Origin: Dehalococcoidia bacterium
GTDB lineage: Bacteria; Chloroflexota; Dehalococcoidia; Lucifugimonadales; UBA3495
NCBI GenBank assembly: GCA_965205185.1
Contig: OZ242043.1
Span: 661,584 to 725,583, forward strand
Direction: 5' to 3'
DNA: 64,000 nt
Shown here piece after piece: positions 34,267 to 43,040 of this stretch; the first letter of the stretch is position 1; the number at the start of each line of letters is the position of its first letter. The position numbers and the translations under genes were made by a program. The notes beneath the pieces are model-generated. The model saw only the letters and a program-made list of their open reading frames with translations, had not been told where the DNA came from and did not search any database.

Positions 34267-34896
34267 TTACCAGATGGTTTGCAGGTTCAGGGTGAAGCCG
34301 GGGAGTTCGGGGTCGGCGGATATGGTGGTGGGGGCGTTTAGTATGGTTATGGGGCGGTGGGGGCGGTAGATGTGTATTTGGCGGTTTTGGGGGTCGATCA
34401 GCCAGCCGAGGCGGGCGCCGTTGGTTAGGTATTCGGCCATTTTTGCCTGGATTATGGGTAGGTCGTCGGAGGGGGAGCGGAGTTCGATTACGAAGTCGGG
34501 GCAGATGGGGGCGAATTTGGCTTGCTGGTCGGGGGTTAGGGTTTGCCAGCGGGATAGCAGTACCCAGGATGCGTCGGGGGCGCGGACGGCTCCGTTGGGG
34601 AGGGTGAATCCGGTGCTGGAATCGAAGGATATGCCGGTTCCGTCGCGGTAGGACCAGTGGGTTAGTTGGTAGTTCAGATCGCTGTTGCGGCGGCCGGTTG
34701 TTGAACCTGTTGGGGGCATAATGATCAACTCTCTGTCGGCGGTTAGCTCCAGGCGGAGGGCGTGGTTGTCGGCGCATAGCTGGAGGAATTGGGCGGGGGT
34801 TATTTTGACGGCGCGGAGGTTTAGCGCCAGGCGGTCGGGCGGTGTTGCTGGCGCTGTTTCTGGTGGGGCTATGGTTAGTGGTTGGGCGGTGGTCAT
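34267..34896 (-). CDS. Uma2-family (DUF820) endonuclease, copy 1
   Basis: 209 aa containing ELIIMPPTG..NS, APDASW and PDFVIELRSPSD, which gives the PD-(D/E)XK D..ExR pattern typical of Uma2. Confidence 0.85.
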   Translation of the reverse strand: MTTAQPLTIAPPETAPATPPDRLALNLRAVKITPAQFLQLCADNHALRLELTADRELIIMPPTGSTTGRRNSDLNYQLTHWSYRDGTGISFDSSTGFTLPNGAVRAPDASWVLLSRWQTLTPDQQAKFAPICPDFVIELRSPSDDLPIIQAKMAEYLTNGARLGWLIDPQNRQIHIYRPHRPITILNAPTTISADPELPGFTLNLQTIW

Positions 34897-34929
34897 TGTT
34901 GCGTTTCCTGGGGGTGGGTTGGGGTTGGT

Positions 34930-35562
34930 TTACCAGATGGTTTGCAGGTTCAGGGTGAAGCCGGGGAGTTCGGGGTCGGCGGATATGGTGGTGGGGGCGT
35001 TCAGTATGGTTATAGGTTGGTGAGGGCGGTAGATGTATACTTGGCGGTTTTGGGGGTCGATCAGCCAGCCGAGGCGGGCGCCGTTGTCGATGTATTCGGC
35101 CATTTTTGTTTGGATTATGGGTAGGTCGTCGGAGGGGGAGCGGAGTTCGATTACGAAGTCGGGGCAGATGGGGGCGAATTTGGCTTGCTGGTCGGGGGTT
35201 AGGGTTTGCCAGCGGGATAGCAGTAGCCAGGAGGCGTCGGGGGCGCGGACGGCGCCGTTGGGGAGGGTGAAGGCGCCGTTGGAATCGAAGGCTATGCCGG
35301 TTCCGTCGAGGTCGGACCAGTTGGCTAGTTGCTGATTCAGTTTGCTGTTGCGGTTGCTGGTTGTTAATCCTGTTGGGGGCATGATGATCAACTCGCTGTC
35401 GGCGGTTAGCTCCAGGCGTAGGATGTCGTTGTCGGCGCATAGTTGGAGGAATTGGTCGGGGGTTATTTTGACGGCGCGGAGGTTTAGCGCCAGGCGGTCG
35501 GGCGGCGTTGCTGTTGGCGTGGGTTTTGTGGGGGTTTTGACGGGTAGGTTGGCGGTGGTCAT
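34930..35562 (-). CDS. Uma2-family (DUF820) endonuclease, copy 2 (tandem paralogue)
   Basis: 210 aa, about 80% identical by eye to copy 1, with the same motifs. Confidence 0.85.
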   Translation of the reverse strand: MTTANLPVKTPTKPTPTATPPDRLALNLRAVKITPDQFLQLCADNDILRLELTADSELIIMPPTGLTTSNRNSKLNQQLANWSDLDGTGIAFDSNGAFTLPNGAVRAPDASWLLLSRWQTLTPDQQAKFAPICPDFVIELRSPSDDLPIIQTKMAEYIDNGARLGWLIDPQNRQVYIYRPHQPITILNAPTTISADPELPGFTLNLQTIW

Positions 35563-35584
35563 TGTTGCGTTTCCTGGGGGCGGG

Positions 35585-35641
35585 TTGGGGTTAGTTTACC
35601 AGATGGTTTGCAGGTTCAGGGTGAAGCCGGGCGGCGGGGCG
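35585..35641 (-). pseudogene. remnant of a third Uma2 copy (3' terminal ~45 bp only)
   Basis: TTACCAGATGGTTTGCAGGTTCAGGGTGAAGCCGGG is identical to the 3' ends at 34267 and 34930. Similarity then stops. Confidence 0.6.
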
Positions 35642-35709
35642 GGTTTGGCGGTGGAAGCGCTGGATGGCAGGCGGTGGATTTTCCGGGTTGGGGGCTTCCG
35701 GGATAACGG

Positions 35710-37635
35710 TTAATGGTTGGCCCTGAGGTAGCGGATGATTTCCATCATTACCTTGCAGTCAACTTCGTTGTATCGGGCTATTTCAGCCATTAGGGGCAAC
35801 TGGGTCATTGGCAGGCCCTTTTGCCGGGCCTCTTGGTCGCAACGCCATGCGCCTACCATTGCGCCCAAGCCGTCAAGGGGGCTGTCGGCCCAGTTGGTTT
35901 TGATGATGCCGTGGCGATGCATGGCATTGGCTACCGCCTTTAAGCCGAAGCCTAGAGCGCCTCTAACTGCTACAGGCTCCTCACGCATTACTTTCGACAG
36001 GAAATCGTACCAGCCCAGTTCCGGCCAATCGGAGTGGGGTTGGTGCCTTATTCTCGCCGAATTGTAGGCTTTCTCCAGAACGGTTGGCTCGGCGTGAGAC
36101 CAGTGGAAAATGCGGGGCTGGGCGTTGGACGGGTCGAGACGATCCCGGACTTGGGACATATAGTCCACCCATTCTTGGATGATGCGAAGCTCCTCCTTTT
36201 CATCCAGTCGGGGGACGGTGAATGATTGGAACTTCCATTCTCCTTGTTCCAGGTGGCCGCAGCCAATCATAAAGATGAGGGGTTGGCCTCCTTTTTCCGG
36301 GAGTTTGGTAAAGTCGTCGTTGAGGTCGCTGCAAAACTCGAAGTCTACATAGAACTCGGCGGCGGCGGCGTTGCGCCATTCGTTTCCGATTTTTTCGATT
36401 TTCCGGGGCAACACCGGCGGGCCGTTGTTGGCGGTATTGACCGCTAATATGCTGTCTAGGGTGGGGCCGGTTTTCCCGCCCTTCACTCTTACCGCGGCCG
36501 CGATAAGTCCGGGGGTGTCCCATCTGTATATGCCGGACTCGTGGGCTTGTTGGCGTTTGGCAAAGCCTACCTGCCATAGCTGGGTAAGCTCTTTTAGCTC
36601 GTCGGCCAGCCATTTTTTGACGCTCATCCAATGATCGTTCGGCGCTGCTTCATCGGAGTCCGGTTCGAGTTCGGCGGCTCTGATTTGCAACATCAGATCG
36701 CTGTCGTCAGCGTTACTCATGTTCGGATAAAGCTCAGGCACCGATGGTTCAGGCAGTAGCTGCCAGTGGTGGCCGTGGGTGCGAACCCGGGTGATCCAGT
36801 CTAGGGCTTTGGTAACGGCGTCGGCGATGGGGATGTTGCGGGCGATGGTTCCGGTTTGGGGAATCGGCGCCAGTCGTTCCAGGGCACTGGAGCCGCGGTA
36901 GGTTACTCTATTTTGCTCTCGTTGCCAGCCGCGCCCCAGCAGGTATGAATTGGGGGGCAGGAAACCTTGTAGGCGGCCCAGCATACGGTTGTAGATGTAT
37001 AGTTGCGCTTTGTAGGCCGGGTTGCTGTTGTCGTTGTTAAGGATGGCGCTGGCGTTCAGATGCAGGGTGGTGAATTTGGTATCTACTACCAGGTAGTGCC
37101 AGGCATGGTTTCCCAAGTCGGGGGCGGAGATTGCCGCTTCCTGTTCCGAAATTTCATTCGGGAACAGTTGACGTAGGATATCGCTTCGTATTAGGAAATC
37201 GGGGGAGCCGTAGTTCAGGTTGTGGGCGTCCCATAGTACGGCTTGGTAGATTACAGGCACGCCATGGCGCATCGTCTCGAAGGTTTGTTCGGCTTTGGCT
37301 TGGCTGGTTATTTCGCGATAGTCTTGGGCAATGGTGGTTACTTGATAACATTCTTGAAACAACCGGAGGATGCCTGCTTCGAATTCTTTGCCTTTCTCGA
37401 AAATGAAAGCCAGGAAATCGAGTTCTTTGACGTAATCGGCTGATTCCTGCTTTGGCAGGTAATCATGGTTTTTGCCGTAGAGGTTTAGCCAGTCCAGAAG
37501 GGGGTCGCCCATCATCCAGTTGCGGGTTTTGCCGGCGCTGATCCATTGTTGCCAATCTTGGCCGGTTATTGGAATTGCGACTTTAGATCCATCGTCCCGG
37601 TGGGTTATCGCAGCTATGCTCATAGGATACTCCAT
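35710..37635 (-). CDS. RecB-family nuclease (TM0106/COG2251-like): N-terminal PD-(D/E)XK + C-terminal RNase H-like exonuclease domain
   Basis: 641 aa. GSPDFLIR..YLVVDTKF gives the D..D-x-K pattern. The C-terminal FYVDFEF and YNEVDCKVMMEIIRYL resemble the exo I/III motifs of this family. GC content and skew are clearly lower than in the flanks. Confidence 0.65.
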   Translation of the reverse strand: MEYPMSIAAITHRDDGSKVAIPITGQDWQQWISAGKTRNWMMGDPLLDWLNLYGKNHDYLPKQESADYVKELDFLAFIFEKGKEFEAGILRLFQECYQVTTIAQDYREITSQAKAEQTFETMRHGVPVIYQAVLWDAHNLNYGSPDFLIRSDILRQLFPNEISEQEAAISAPDLGNHAWHYLVVDTKFTTLHLNASAILNNDNSNPAYKAQLYIYNRMLGRLQGFLPPNSYLLGRGWQREQNRVTYRGSSALERLAPIPQTGTIARNIPIADAVTKALDWITRVRTHGHHWQLLPEPSVPELYPNMSNADDSDLMLQIRAAELEPDSDEAAPNDHWMSVKKWLADELKELTQLWQVGFAKRQQAHESGIYRWDTPGLIAAAVRVKGGKTGPTLDSILAVNTANNGPPVLPRKIEKIGNEWRNAAAAEFYVDFEFCSDLNDDFTKLPEKGGQPLIFMIGCGHLEQGEWKFQSFTVPRLDEKEELRIIQEWVDYMSQVRDRLDPSNAQPRIFHWSHAEPTVLEKAYNSARIRHQPHSDWPELGWYDFLSKVMREEPVAVRGALGFGLKAVANAMHRHGIIKTNWADSPLDGLGAMVGAWRCDQEARQKGLPMTQLPLMAEIARYNEVDCKVMMEIIRYLRANH

Positions 37636-37654
37636 ATTAGTCGGGATTGGGGGG

Positions 37655-38356
37655 TTATTCGGCGAATAGCATTCGGCCGCAGCTGGTGCAGGTTACGGTT
37701 TGGCGGGCGCTTCTTACTCGCTGGCGTAGTTGGGTGGGTAGGGACATTCGGCAGCCTTGGCATAGGTCGCGCTCTACTTTGGCTACGGCGCGGCCATTTT
37801 TGGCGCGGCGGAGGGTTTCGTAGCGCTGGAGGGTGGGTTGGTCTATTTGGGCGGCCAGGGTTTGGCGGCGGGTTTGGCAGTCTTGTTGCTGGGCGCGTAG
37901 TTGGTTGACGGTTTGGGTTAGTTCTTGGCGGCGGGTTTCCCATTGGGCTTTGGCATCGGATAGCTGTTGGGAGAGGGCGGCGTAGCGGGTTTGGGATTCC
38001 TCGATTTCGATGGATAGGTCGAGGGACAGGGCTTCGTTTTGTTCGAGCAGGCGGCGGACGCTGGCGGCTTCCTGTTGGAGGGGTTCGAGGTCGCGGGCGT
38101 TTACCATGGAGCCGTCGTATAGCCGGGCTTCGAGGGATTCCGAGCGTTCGCGGCGGACGGCGGTTTCCATGCGGTTGTCGTATTGACGGGTTTCGGCGTC
38201 TTTGAGGCGGGCTTCCTCGGCTTGGAGGGCGGCTTCGAGGTTGTCGATGGGGATTTCGGTTTTCAGTTTTTCCTCGGCTTCGGTTAGCTCCCGGTTGACG
38301 CGGGCCAGGGTTAGGTCGACTTCCTGGAGGGCGTATAGCTGTTTGACGGTGGTCAT
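37655..38356 (-). CDS. coiled-coil C4 zinc-ribbon protein (COG1579/DUF164-like)
   Basis: 233 aa, with a long coiled coil and C-terminal CQGC..CTSC. Confidence 0.8.
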   Translation of the reverse strand: MTTVKQLYALQEVDLTLARVNRELTEAEEKLKTEIPIDNLEAALQAEEARLKDAETRQYDNRMETAVRRERSESLEARLYDGSMVNARDLEPLQQEAASVRRLLEQNEALSLDLSIEIEESQTRYAALSQQLSDAKAQWETRRQELTQTVNQLRAQQQDCQTRRQTLAAQIDQPTLQRYETLRRAKNGRAVAKVERDLCQGCRMSLPTQLRQRVRSARQTVTCTSCGRMLFAE

Positions 38357-38401
38357 ATAGTATCGTCCCGCCGGATTGCTTTGTTTGGTGCGCTTTGGGG
38401 G

Positions 38402-38430
38402 ATTCTAGGAATGCTTGCCGCCGTTGTCAA
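38402..38430 (-). promoter_or_regulatory. promoter of the zinc-ribbon gene
   Basis: On the minus strand: TTGACA (38430-38425), a 17-nt spacer and TAGAAT (38407-38402). Confidence 0.55.
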
Positions 38431-38446
38431 CTTTGCCGGGGGCGGG

Positions 38447-38475
38447 GTGACAGATGGGGGCGGCGTTGTTAGAAT
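38447..38475 (+). promoter_or_regulatory. promoter of the Rieske oxygenase gene
   Basis: GTGACA (38447-52), a 17-nt spacer and TAGAAT (38470-75). It is divergent from the previous promoter. Confidence 0.5.
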
Positions 38476-38542
38476 GGGGGGATATTTCGCCTTGCGCGTT
38501 GGGGCGGGGGTTGGGTTGGGTAAAGGGCGATTTTGGGAGGAG

Positions 38543-39832
38543 ATGGCGATGGTTTTGTCGCGGATGGATAACGAGAGGCTTACGCTGGTGGGGGCGGGGA
38601 CGGCGATGGGGGAGACGATGCGGCGTTATTGGCTGCCGGCGCTGCTGTCGGATGAATTGCCGGAGCCGGATTGCCCGCCGGTGCGGGTGCGGCTTTTGGG
38701 GGAGGATTTGGTGGCTTTCCGGGATAGCGGCGGGCGGCTGGGGCTGCTGGAGGAGTTTTGTCCGCATCGGCGGACTTCGCTGTTTTTGGGGCGGAATGAG
38801 GAGGGCGGGCTGCGCTGCGTTTATCACGGGTGGAAGTTCGATGCGGCGGGGAATTGTCTGGATATGATGAACGAGCCGGAGGGGAGCGATTATCATACGA
38901 AGGTGAAGGCGGTTTCGTATCCGGCGGCGGAGATGGGCGGGGTGGTTTGGGCTTATATGGGGCCGGCGGGGCGGCGTCCGCCGTTGCCGCGCTTTGAGTG
39001 GACGCAGGTTCCCGATAGTCACCGGCTGGTGAGCAAGAACCGGCAGGAGTGTAATTGGTTGCAAGCGCTGGAGGGCGGGATCGATACGGCTCATGCGCCG
39101 ATTTTGCACCGGCGGATCACCAAGAACACCAGCCGGCCGGGGTTTGGGGTGGATACGGATTTTGTTACGGGGAAGGCGCCGAAGGTGGAGGTGGACCGGA
39201 CGGATTACGGGTATCGGTATGCGGGGATTCGGGCTTTGGAGGGGCAGGGCAAGAATTTTGTCCGGGCTTATCATTTCGTGCTGCCGTTTCACCAGATGCG
39301 GCCTTCGCAGTTCGGGCTGACCGGGGAGGCGCCGCGCACTTTGATTGCGGGGCATTGCTGGGTGCCTACGGATGATGCGAATTGCATGGTTTTCAATTGG
39401 ATTTACAGTTACGGGGAGGAGGCGCTGTCGGAGGCGGATCGGGATTTGGAGCGGCAATTGGGGCGGGGGCCGGAGGATTTGGATGCTAATTACCGGGCGG
39501 TGCGGAACCGGGATAATGACTGGATGATTGACCGCCGGGTGCAGAAGTATGAGACTTTTACCGGGATTGAGGGGATCAATACGCAGGATCAGGCGGTGCA
39601 GGAAAGCATGGGGGCGATTGTGGATCGTAGCAGGGAGCGTTTGGCGGCCAGCGATATGGCGATTGTGGCGGCCCGGCGGATGCTGCTGGGGGCGGCGGAT
39701 ATTGTGTCGGACGGGGGGGATCCGCCGGGTTTGTCGGAGAGTTATTACCGGCTGCGGGCGATTGACAGTATTTTGCCGGCGGAGGCGGTTTGGCAGGAGG
39801 CGCTGGCGGGGGAGATGTATCCGGGGGGGTAG
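38543..39832 (+). CDS. Rieske [2Fe-2S] non-heme iron oxygenase, alpha subunit type
   Basis: ATG at 38543 after GGGAGG. The Rieske motif is CPHRRTSL..CVYHGWKF. The catalytic domain carries the His motif (DTAHAPILH). Confidence 0.85.
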   Translation: MAMVLSRMDNERLTLVGAGTAMGETMRRYWLPALLSDELPEPDCPPVRVRLLGEDLVAFRDSGGRLGLLEEFCPHRRTSLFLGRNEEGGLRCVYHGWKFDAAGNCLDMMNEPEGSDYHTKVKAVSYPAAEMGGVVWAYMGPAGRRPPLPRFEWTQVPDSHRLVSKNRQECNWLQALEGGIDTAHAPILHRRITKNTSRPGFGVDTDFVTGKAPKVEVDRTDYGYRYAGIRALEGQGKNFVRAYHFVLPFHQMRPSQFGLTGEAPRTLIAGHCWVPTDDANCMVFNWIYSYGEEALSEADRDLERQLGRGPEDLDANYRAVRNRDNDWMIDRRVQKYETFTGIEGINTQDQAVQESMGAIVDRSRERLAASDMAIVAARRMLLGAADIVSDGGDPPGLSESYYRLRAIDSILPAEAVWQEALAGEMYPGG

Positions 39833-39851
39833 TGGGGTTGGGGGGATTGGC

Positions 39852-39879
39852 GGGCGGCGCTTTATACCAGCGCCGCCCT
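39852..39879 (+). terminator. intrinsic terminator hairpin of the oxygenase gene, separated from its T-tract by an IS insertion
   Basis: GGGCGGCGC-tttatacca-GCGCCGCCC. The matching T-tract TTTTTGTT resumes at 40570, right after the IS and its duplicated 8-mer. Confidence 0.55.
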
Positions 39880-40562
39880 GGTTCTGTAAAATTTGCTGGG
39901 TCATTTAGCTCAGGAAAGCCCCCCAAGTGTTCGGGTTTCGCGATAAACCTTCACTGCTGGCGGGTTAGATAAATAAGCCTATAGCTTTTCTCGATATGCG
40001 GGGGCATCTAATCTCCGTAAGTTAGAATTGAAAGAGTTGGAAAGCACCTCGCGAATTTCCCTTGTTAGGTGGTCATGGTCTAGGCACTAGTCATCAGATG
40101 TCCGGCTTTTACTGGGGCTGTGCCGCAGATAGCACACCCGCCCTTAGCATTTCAGTAAAAACTGGCGTTTCCTACGGTTTTCAATAGTTATAATGCGTAA
40201 CCAGCCCGTCGACATAGGCTTGTCCGGTTTCCCTAGCATTCAGACCCTTAGTGTCTTATCTCTATCCCTACCCTTGATTGTGCCTTGCAGACGCTCGCTT
40301 AGGTTGTTGCTGATTTCCGCCCGTATGCCTTGACTGGCGACGGGTTTCACCGGGCGGGTTGGAAAGGCCCGCGGCATGGTATTCCTATATGAACGCAGTC
40401 CATCGGTTTTAATCTGCCGGGGCGGATTTTCCGCCTTTTCCCTTGCCAATTCCAACGCCGTTGCCGCCGCCCTAGCAGTTTGCACCGGGGATAGATACGC
40501 CGCCAATAGGAATTTGCTATCCGACCTTGTATGATATACTACCCGGCAAATTTTACAGAACC
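39880..40562. mobile_element. decayed small DDE insertion sequence (IS6/IS240-like; family not certain), 683 bp
   Basis: 23-bp terminal inverted repeats: GGTTCTGTAAAATTTGCTGGGTC (39880-39902) and its complement at 40540-40562 (21/23 match). A perfect 8-bp direct target duplication GCCGCCCT lies at 39872-39879 and 40563-40570. The internal transposase is a fragment. Confidence 0.8.
40090..40506 (-). pseudogene. DDE transposase remnant (C-terminal part, frameshifted and stop-interrupted)
   Basis: Track ORF 40240..40506 reads IKTDGLRSYRN..ISNNLSERLQGTIKGRDRD. After its stop, another frame continues as GLNARETGQAYVDGLVTHYNY and is then broken by stops. The N-terminal half is absent. Confidence 0.6.
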
Positions 40563-40575
40563 GCCGCCCTTTTTG

Positions 40576-41073
40576 TTATTGCATTAGTTCGGGGCAAAGG
40601 AAGGTTATGGTTATGCCGTGCTGTTGGAGGGCGGCGCGGTGTTGCCACCAGTCGGTGTCGGCGGCGTTGAGGATTTGGGGGGCGGTTTGGGCGGCTAGGG
40701 CGACGGCTACGAATTTGCGGTCGCTGCGGTCGAAGGTTGCTAGGGTAGGGTCGTTGGGGAATTCGTTGAATTCGCGGTCGGGGTTGGGGGTTATGGGGAT
40801 TATGCGGCAGTGCTGCTCATCCCCCTGGTTTAATAATAGCCAATTGAAGAATCTGTCGCCGGGGCCCGGTTTGCCGGATGGGTTGAGGTAGGTATCATAT
40901 TCTTGAAAAATCAGATATTTGTCGTCCAGCAGCAAAATGCCTGCATCTTGTATTTGCTCCAGATGGTCTACGCAGGCCAGCACACACTCCAGGCCGGCTT
41001 GGGGTGTTTGGTTAGCGTTGGCTATGATGGGGACGTTGGTGTCTACTATGTATTCCGGCTTGTCGTGGTTCAT
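40576..41073 (-). CDS. PIN-like nuclease domain protein (165 aa)
   Basis: IVDTNVPI at the N-terminus, then acidic positions QEY, FDRSDRKF and NAADTDW spaced as in PIN folds. The ATG overlaps the upstream ATPase stop (ATGA). Confidence 0.55.
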   Translation of the reverse strand: MNHDKPEYIVDTNVPIIANANQTPQAGLECVLACVDHLEQIQDAGILLLDDKYLIFQEYDTYLNPSGKPGPGDRFFNWLLLNQGDEQHCRIIPITPNPDREFNEFPNDPTLATFDRSDRKFVAVALAAQTAPQILNAADTDWWQHRAALQQHGITITFLCPELMQ

Positions 41074-42275
41074 TCAGTGCCTAATCGCCTTTTTATTGCG
41101 GCCCGGGTCATTGCCGCTACTTCCCCGAATTGGTTGCCGAAGAAGTTTTTGGGCCAGTTTTTTATGTTTCCGTATTCGTCGAGATTCAGGGGTTCGAGAT
41201 GGCAGTGAGCGTCTTTGGGTTGGCAGTAGATTAGGCTGATGTCGTCGGCGGTTATTTTTTGTTCGGCTATGCGGCGTTGGAGGCGGTTCAGTAGGTGTTC
41301 GCTGTGGGTTTCGATCAGGATTTGGATTTGGCGGGTTTGGTGGGCGTCTATGATGATGTCGGCTAGGGCGGATTGGGCGTTGGGGTGCAGGTGGGTTTCG
41401 GGCTGGTTTAGTATTACGGCGGAGCCGGGCGGGGCGTGGTGGCATAGGGTTAGGGTTGGGAGTATTTGGGCGATGCCGGAGCCGGCGTCGGTTAGGGGTA
41501 TTTGGGTTCCGTTTTGGTGTTGGATTACCCGGACTTCAAATAGGTCTGGGTCTTGGGGGGTGGGGGTTATTTGGAAGTTTTGGGCTAGGCCGGTTTGCTT
41601 TAGCCAGTGGGCGATGCGGTGTTCCAAGTCGGGGTTTTGGGCTGCTTCGTTGGGGAGGGTGCGGGAGGACAGGATGGCGTCAATGGCTGATTCGCCGGAG
41701 GGGCCTATGGAGGTTGGGGGGGCTTTGGGGCGGGGGTAGGTTCGTTGAGGGTTGGCTCTTTGGGGGCTTAGGTAGTGGATGCTGGTTAGGCGCTTTTCCA
41801 GGGCTAGGTCAAAATTGGCGGCTATACCTTCTAATTGGGATGGGCCGGTTAGTTGGGATGGGCCGGCGCGGTAGTTCCTTTGGGCTACAGGCGGTTGGGG
41901 GGGCGAGTGGTGGTCTTGGCGTAGGGATAGGTCGAAGCCGATGTGATCGGTTTCGATGGTGGTTTTGTTCCTTTGGGTTATGGTGAACGGTTGCGGGGTT
42001 TTCCAGTCTAGGGATATTTTGAGCGGGTTGCGGGGGTTGCGGTGGTGGGCGATGCTGTTGAAGTCGCCTATGTCGGTTGGGGTGTCGGGGGCGCCGAAGT
42101 CCAGTACCGGGCCGGGGTTTGGGGATGCGGCGGTTTGCTTTAGTAGCAGGATGGCCTGGAGCAGGGCGGTTTTGCCGGAGCCGTTGGGGCCGAAAAGGGC
42201 GGTGATGGGTTTTAGGGGGATGGGGCCGGTGTCTGGCCAGCCTTTGAAGTTTTGCAGGCGCAGTTGGGTCAGCAT
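41070..42275 (-). CDS. ABC/SMC-type AAA ATPase (AAA_15/21-like with DUF3696-like C-terminus)
   Basis: LRLQNFKGW, Walker A GPNGSGKT, Walker B/D-loop ILNQPETHLHP, ETHSEHLL, and a C-terminal GNIKNWPKNFFGNQF. Confidence 0.8.
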   Translation of the reverse strand: MLTQLRLQNFKGWPDTGPIPLKPITALFGPNGSGKTALLQAILLLKQTAASPNPGPVLDFGAPDTPTDIGDFNSIAHHRNPRNPLKISLDWKTPQPFTITQRNKTTIETDHIGFDLSLRQDHHSPPQPPVAQRNYRAGPSQLTGPSQLEGIAANFDLALEKRLTSIHYLSPQRANPQRTYPRPKAPPTSIGPSGESAIDAILSSRTLPNEAAQNPDLEHRIAHWLKQTGLAQNFQITPTPQDPDLFEVRVIQHQNGTQIPLTDAGSGIAQILPTLTLCHHAPPGSAVILNQPETHLHPNAQSALADIIIDAHQTRQIQILIETHSEHLLNRLQRRIAEQKITADDISLIYCQPKDAHCHLEPLNLDEYGNIKNWPKNFFGNQFGEVAAMTRAAIKRRLGTE

Positions 42276-42287
42276 TGGGGTCCTCGC

Positions 42288-42470
42288 CTATGCCGGGGGG
42301 AGGATTATGGGGAGCGGTTCTACGGATTCCAGGCCCGGGGGGTTGATGGCGTCGAGGGATTCGAGGAGGGCGTTCAGGCTGTGCATTACTTCGGTTAGTT
42401 CGGGTTCCTGGATGTCGAGGCCGACGGCGCGGCCCAAGGATTGGATGTCGTCTTTGGACAGGTCGGGCAT
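42288..42470 (-). CDS. GatC-like small protein (60 aa), possible amidase accessory subunit
   Basis: ATG at 42470. MPDLSKDDIQSLGRAVGLDIQEPELTEVMHSLNALLESLDAINPPGLESVEP aligns by eye with this window's GatC (LDRDQIKHIAALARIAIPDAEIDAYAQQLSGIIDQFQVLNELDTTGIEP). The 706-aa track ORF is an artefact. Confidence 0.5.
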   Translation of the reverse strand: MPDLSKDDIQSLGRAVGLDIQEPELTEVMHSLNALLESLDAINPPGLESVEPLPIILPPA

Positions 42471-42626
42471 TTTGGGCTCCTTATACGGGATGGGTGGTTG
42501 TATAGTGCTGGATATTGGGTTGGGCGTCAAGGGGTTTCGTTGCGGGGGGCGGTTTGGGGTATACTTGGGGGGCTTCGGCTGAATTGTTGCCGGCCGGGGT
42601 TTTGGGGTTAGGCAGGATGGCAGGGT

Positions 42627-42944
42627 ATGGCGGATTATAAGGAAGTTCGGGTTGATCTTGGGGCGGAGTCGGATTTTGGGAAGCTGCCGGCGGCGGTGGA
42701 TGTTCGGGGGTGGTCTTACTTTTTGGCGCGGAGCCGGAAGGGGGTTTATCAGTTGCTTTCTACGGTTTGTCCGCATCAGATGGGGGAGGTGGTGGATTGG
42801 GGCGGGGTGTTTATGTGTCCGGATCATGGTTGGCGGTTTGAGTATTCCGAGGGGGTGTGCGTCAATGGGCCTAATTCGCGGATGACGGCGTTTCCGGTGA
42901 CGGTGGAGGGGGGGCGGCTGATTGCGGCGGTGCCGGAGGATTAG
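42627..42944 (+). CDS. Rieske [2Fe-2S] ferredoxin-like protein
   Basis: 105 aa with CPHQMG..CPDHGW. Confidence 0.75.
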   Translation: MADYKEVRVDLGAESDFGKLPAAVDVRGWSYFLARSRKGVYQLLSTVCPHQMGEVVDWGGVFMCPDHGWRFEYSEGVCVNGPNSRMTAFPVTVEGGRLIAAVPED

Positions 42945-43040
42945 GGCGGGACGGGGGGATGGCTGATTGCGGCGGTGCCGGAGGATTAGGGGGTTGGTTG
43001 GGGGGATGGCTGATTTGTAGCGCGATTGCGGGGGTTGGTT

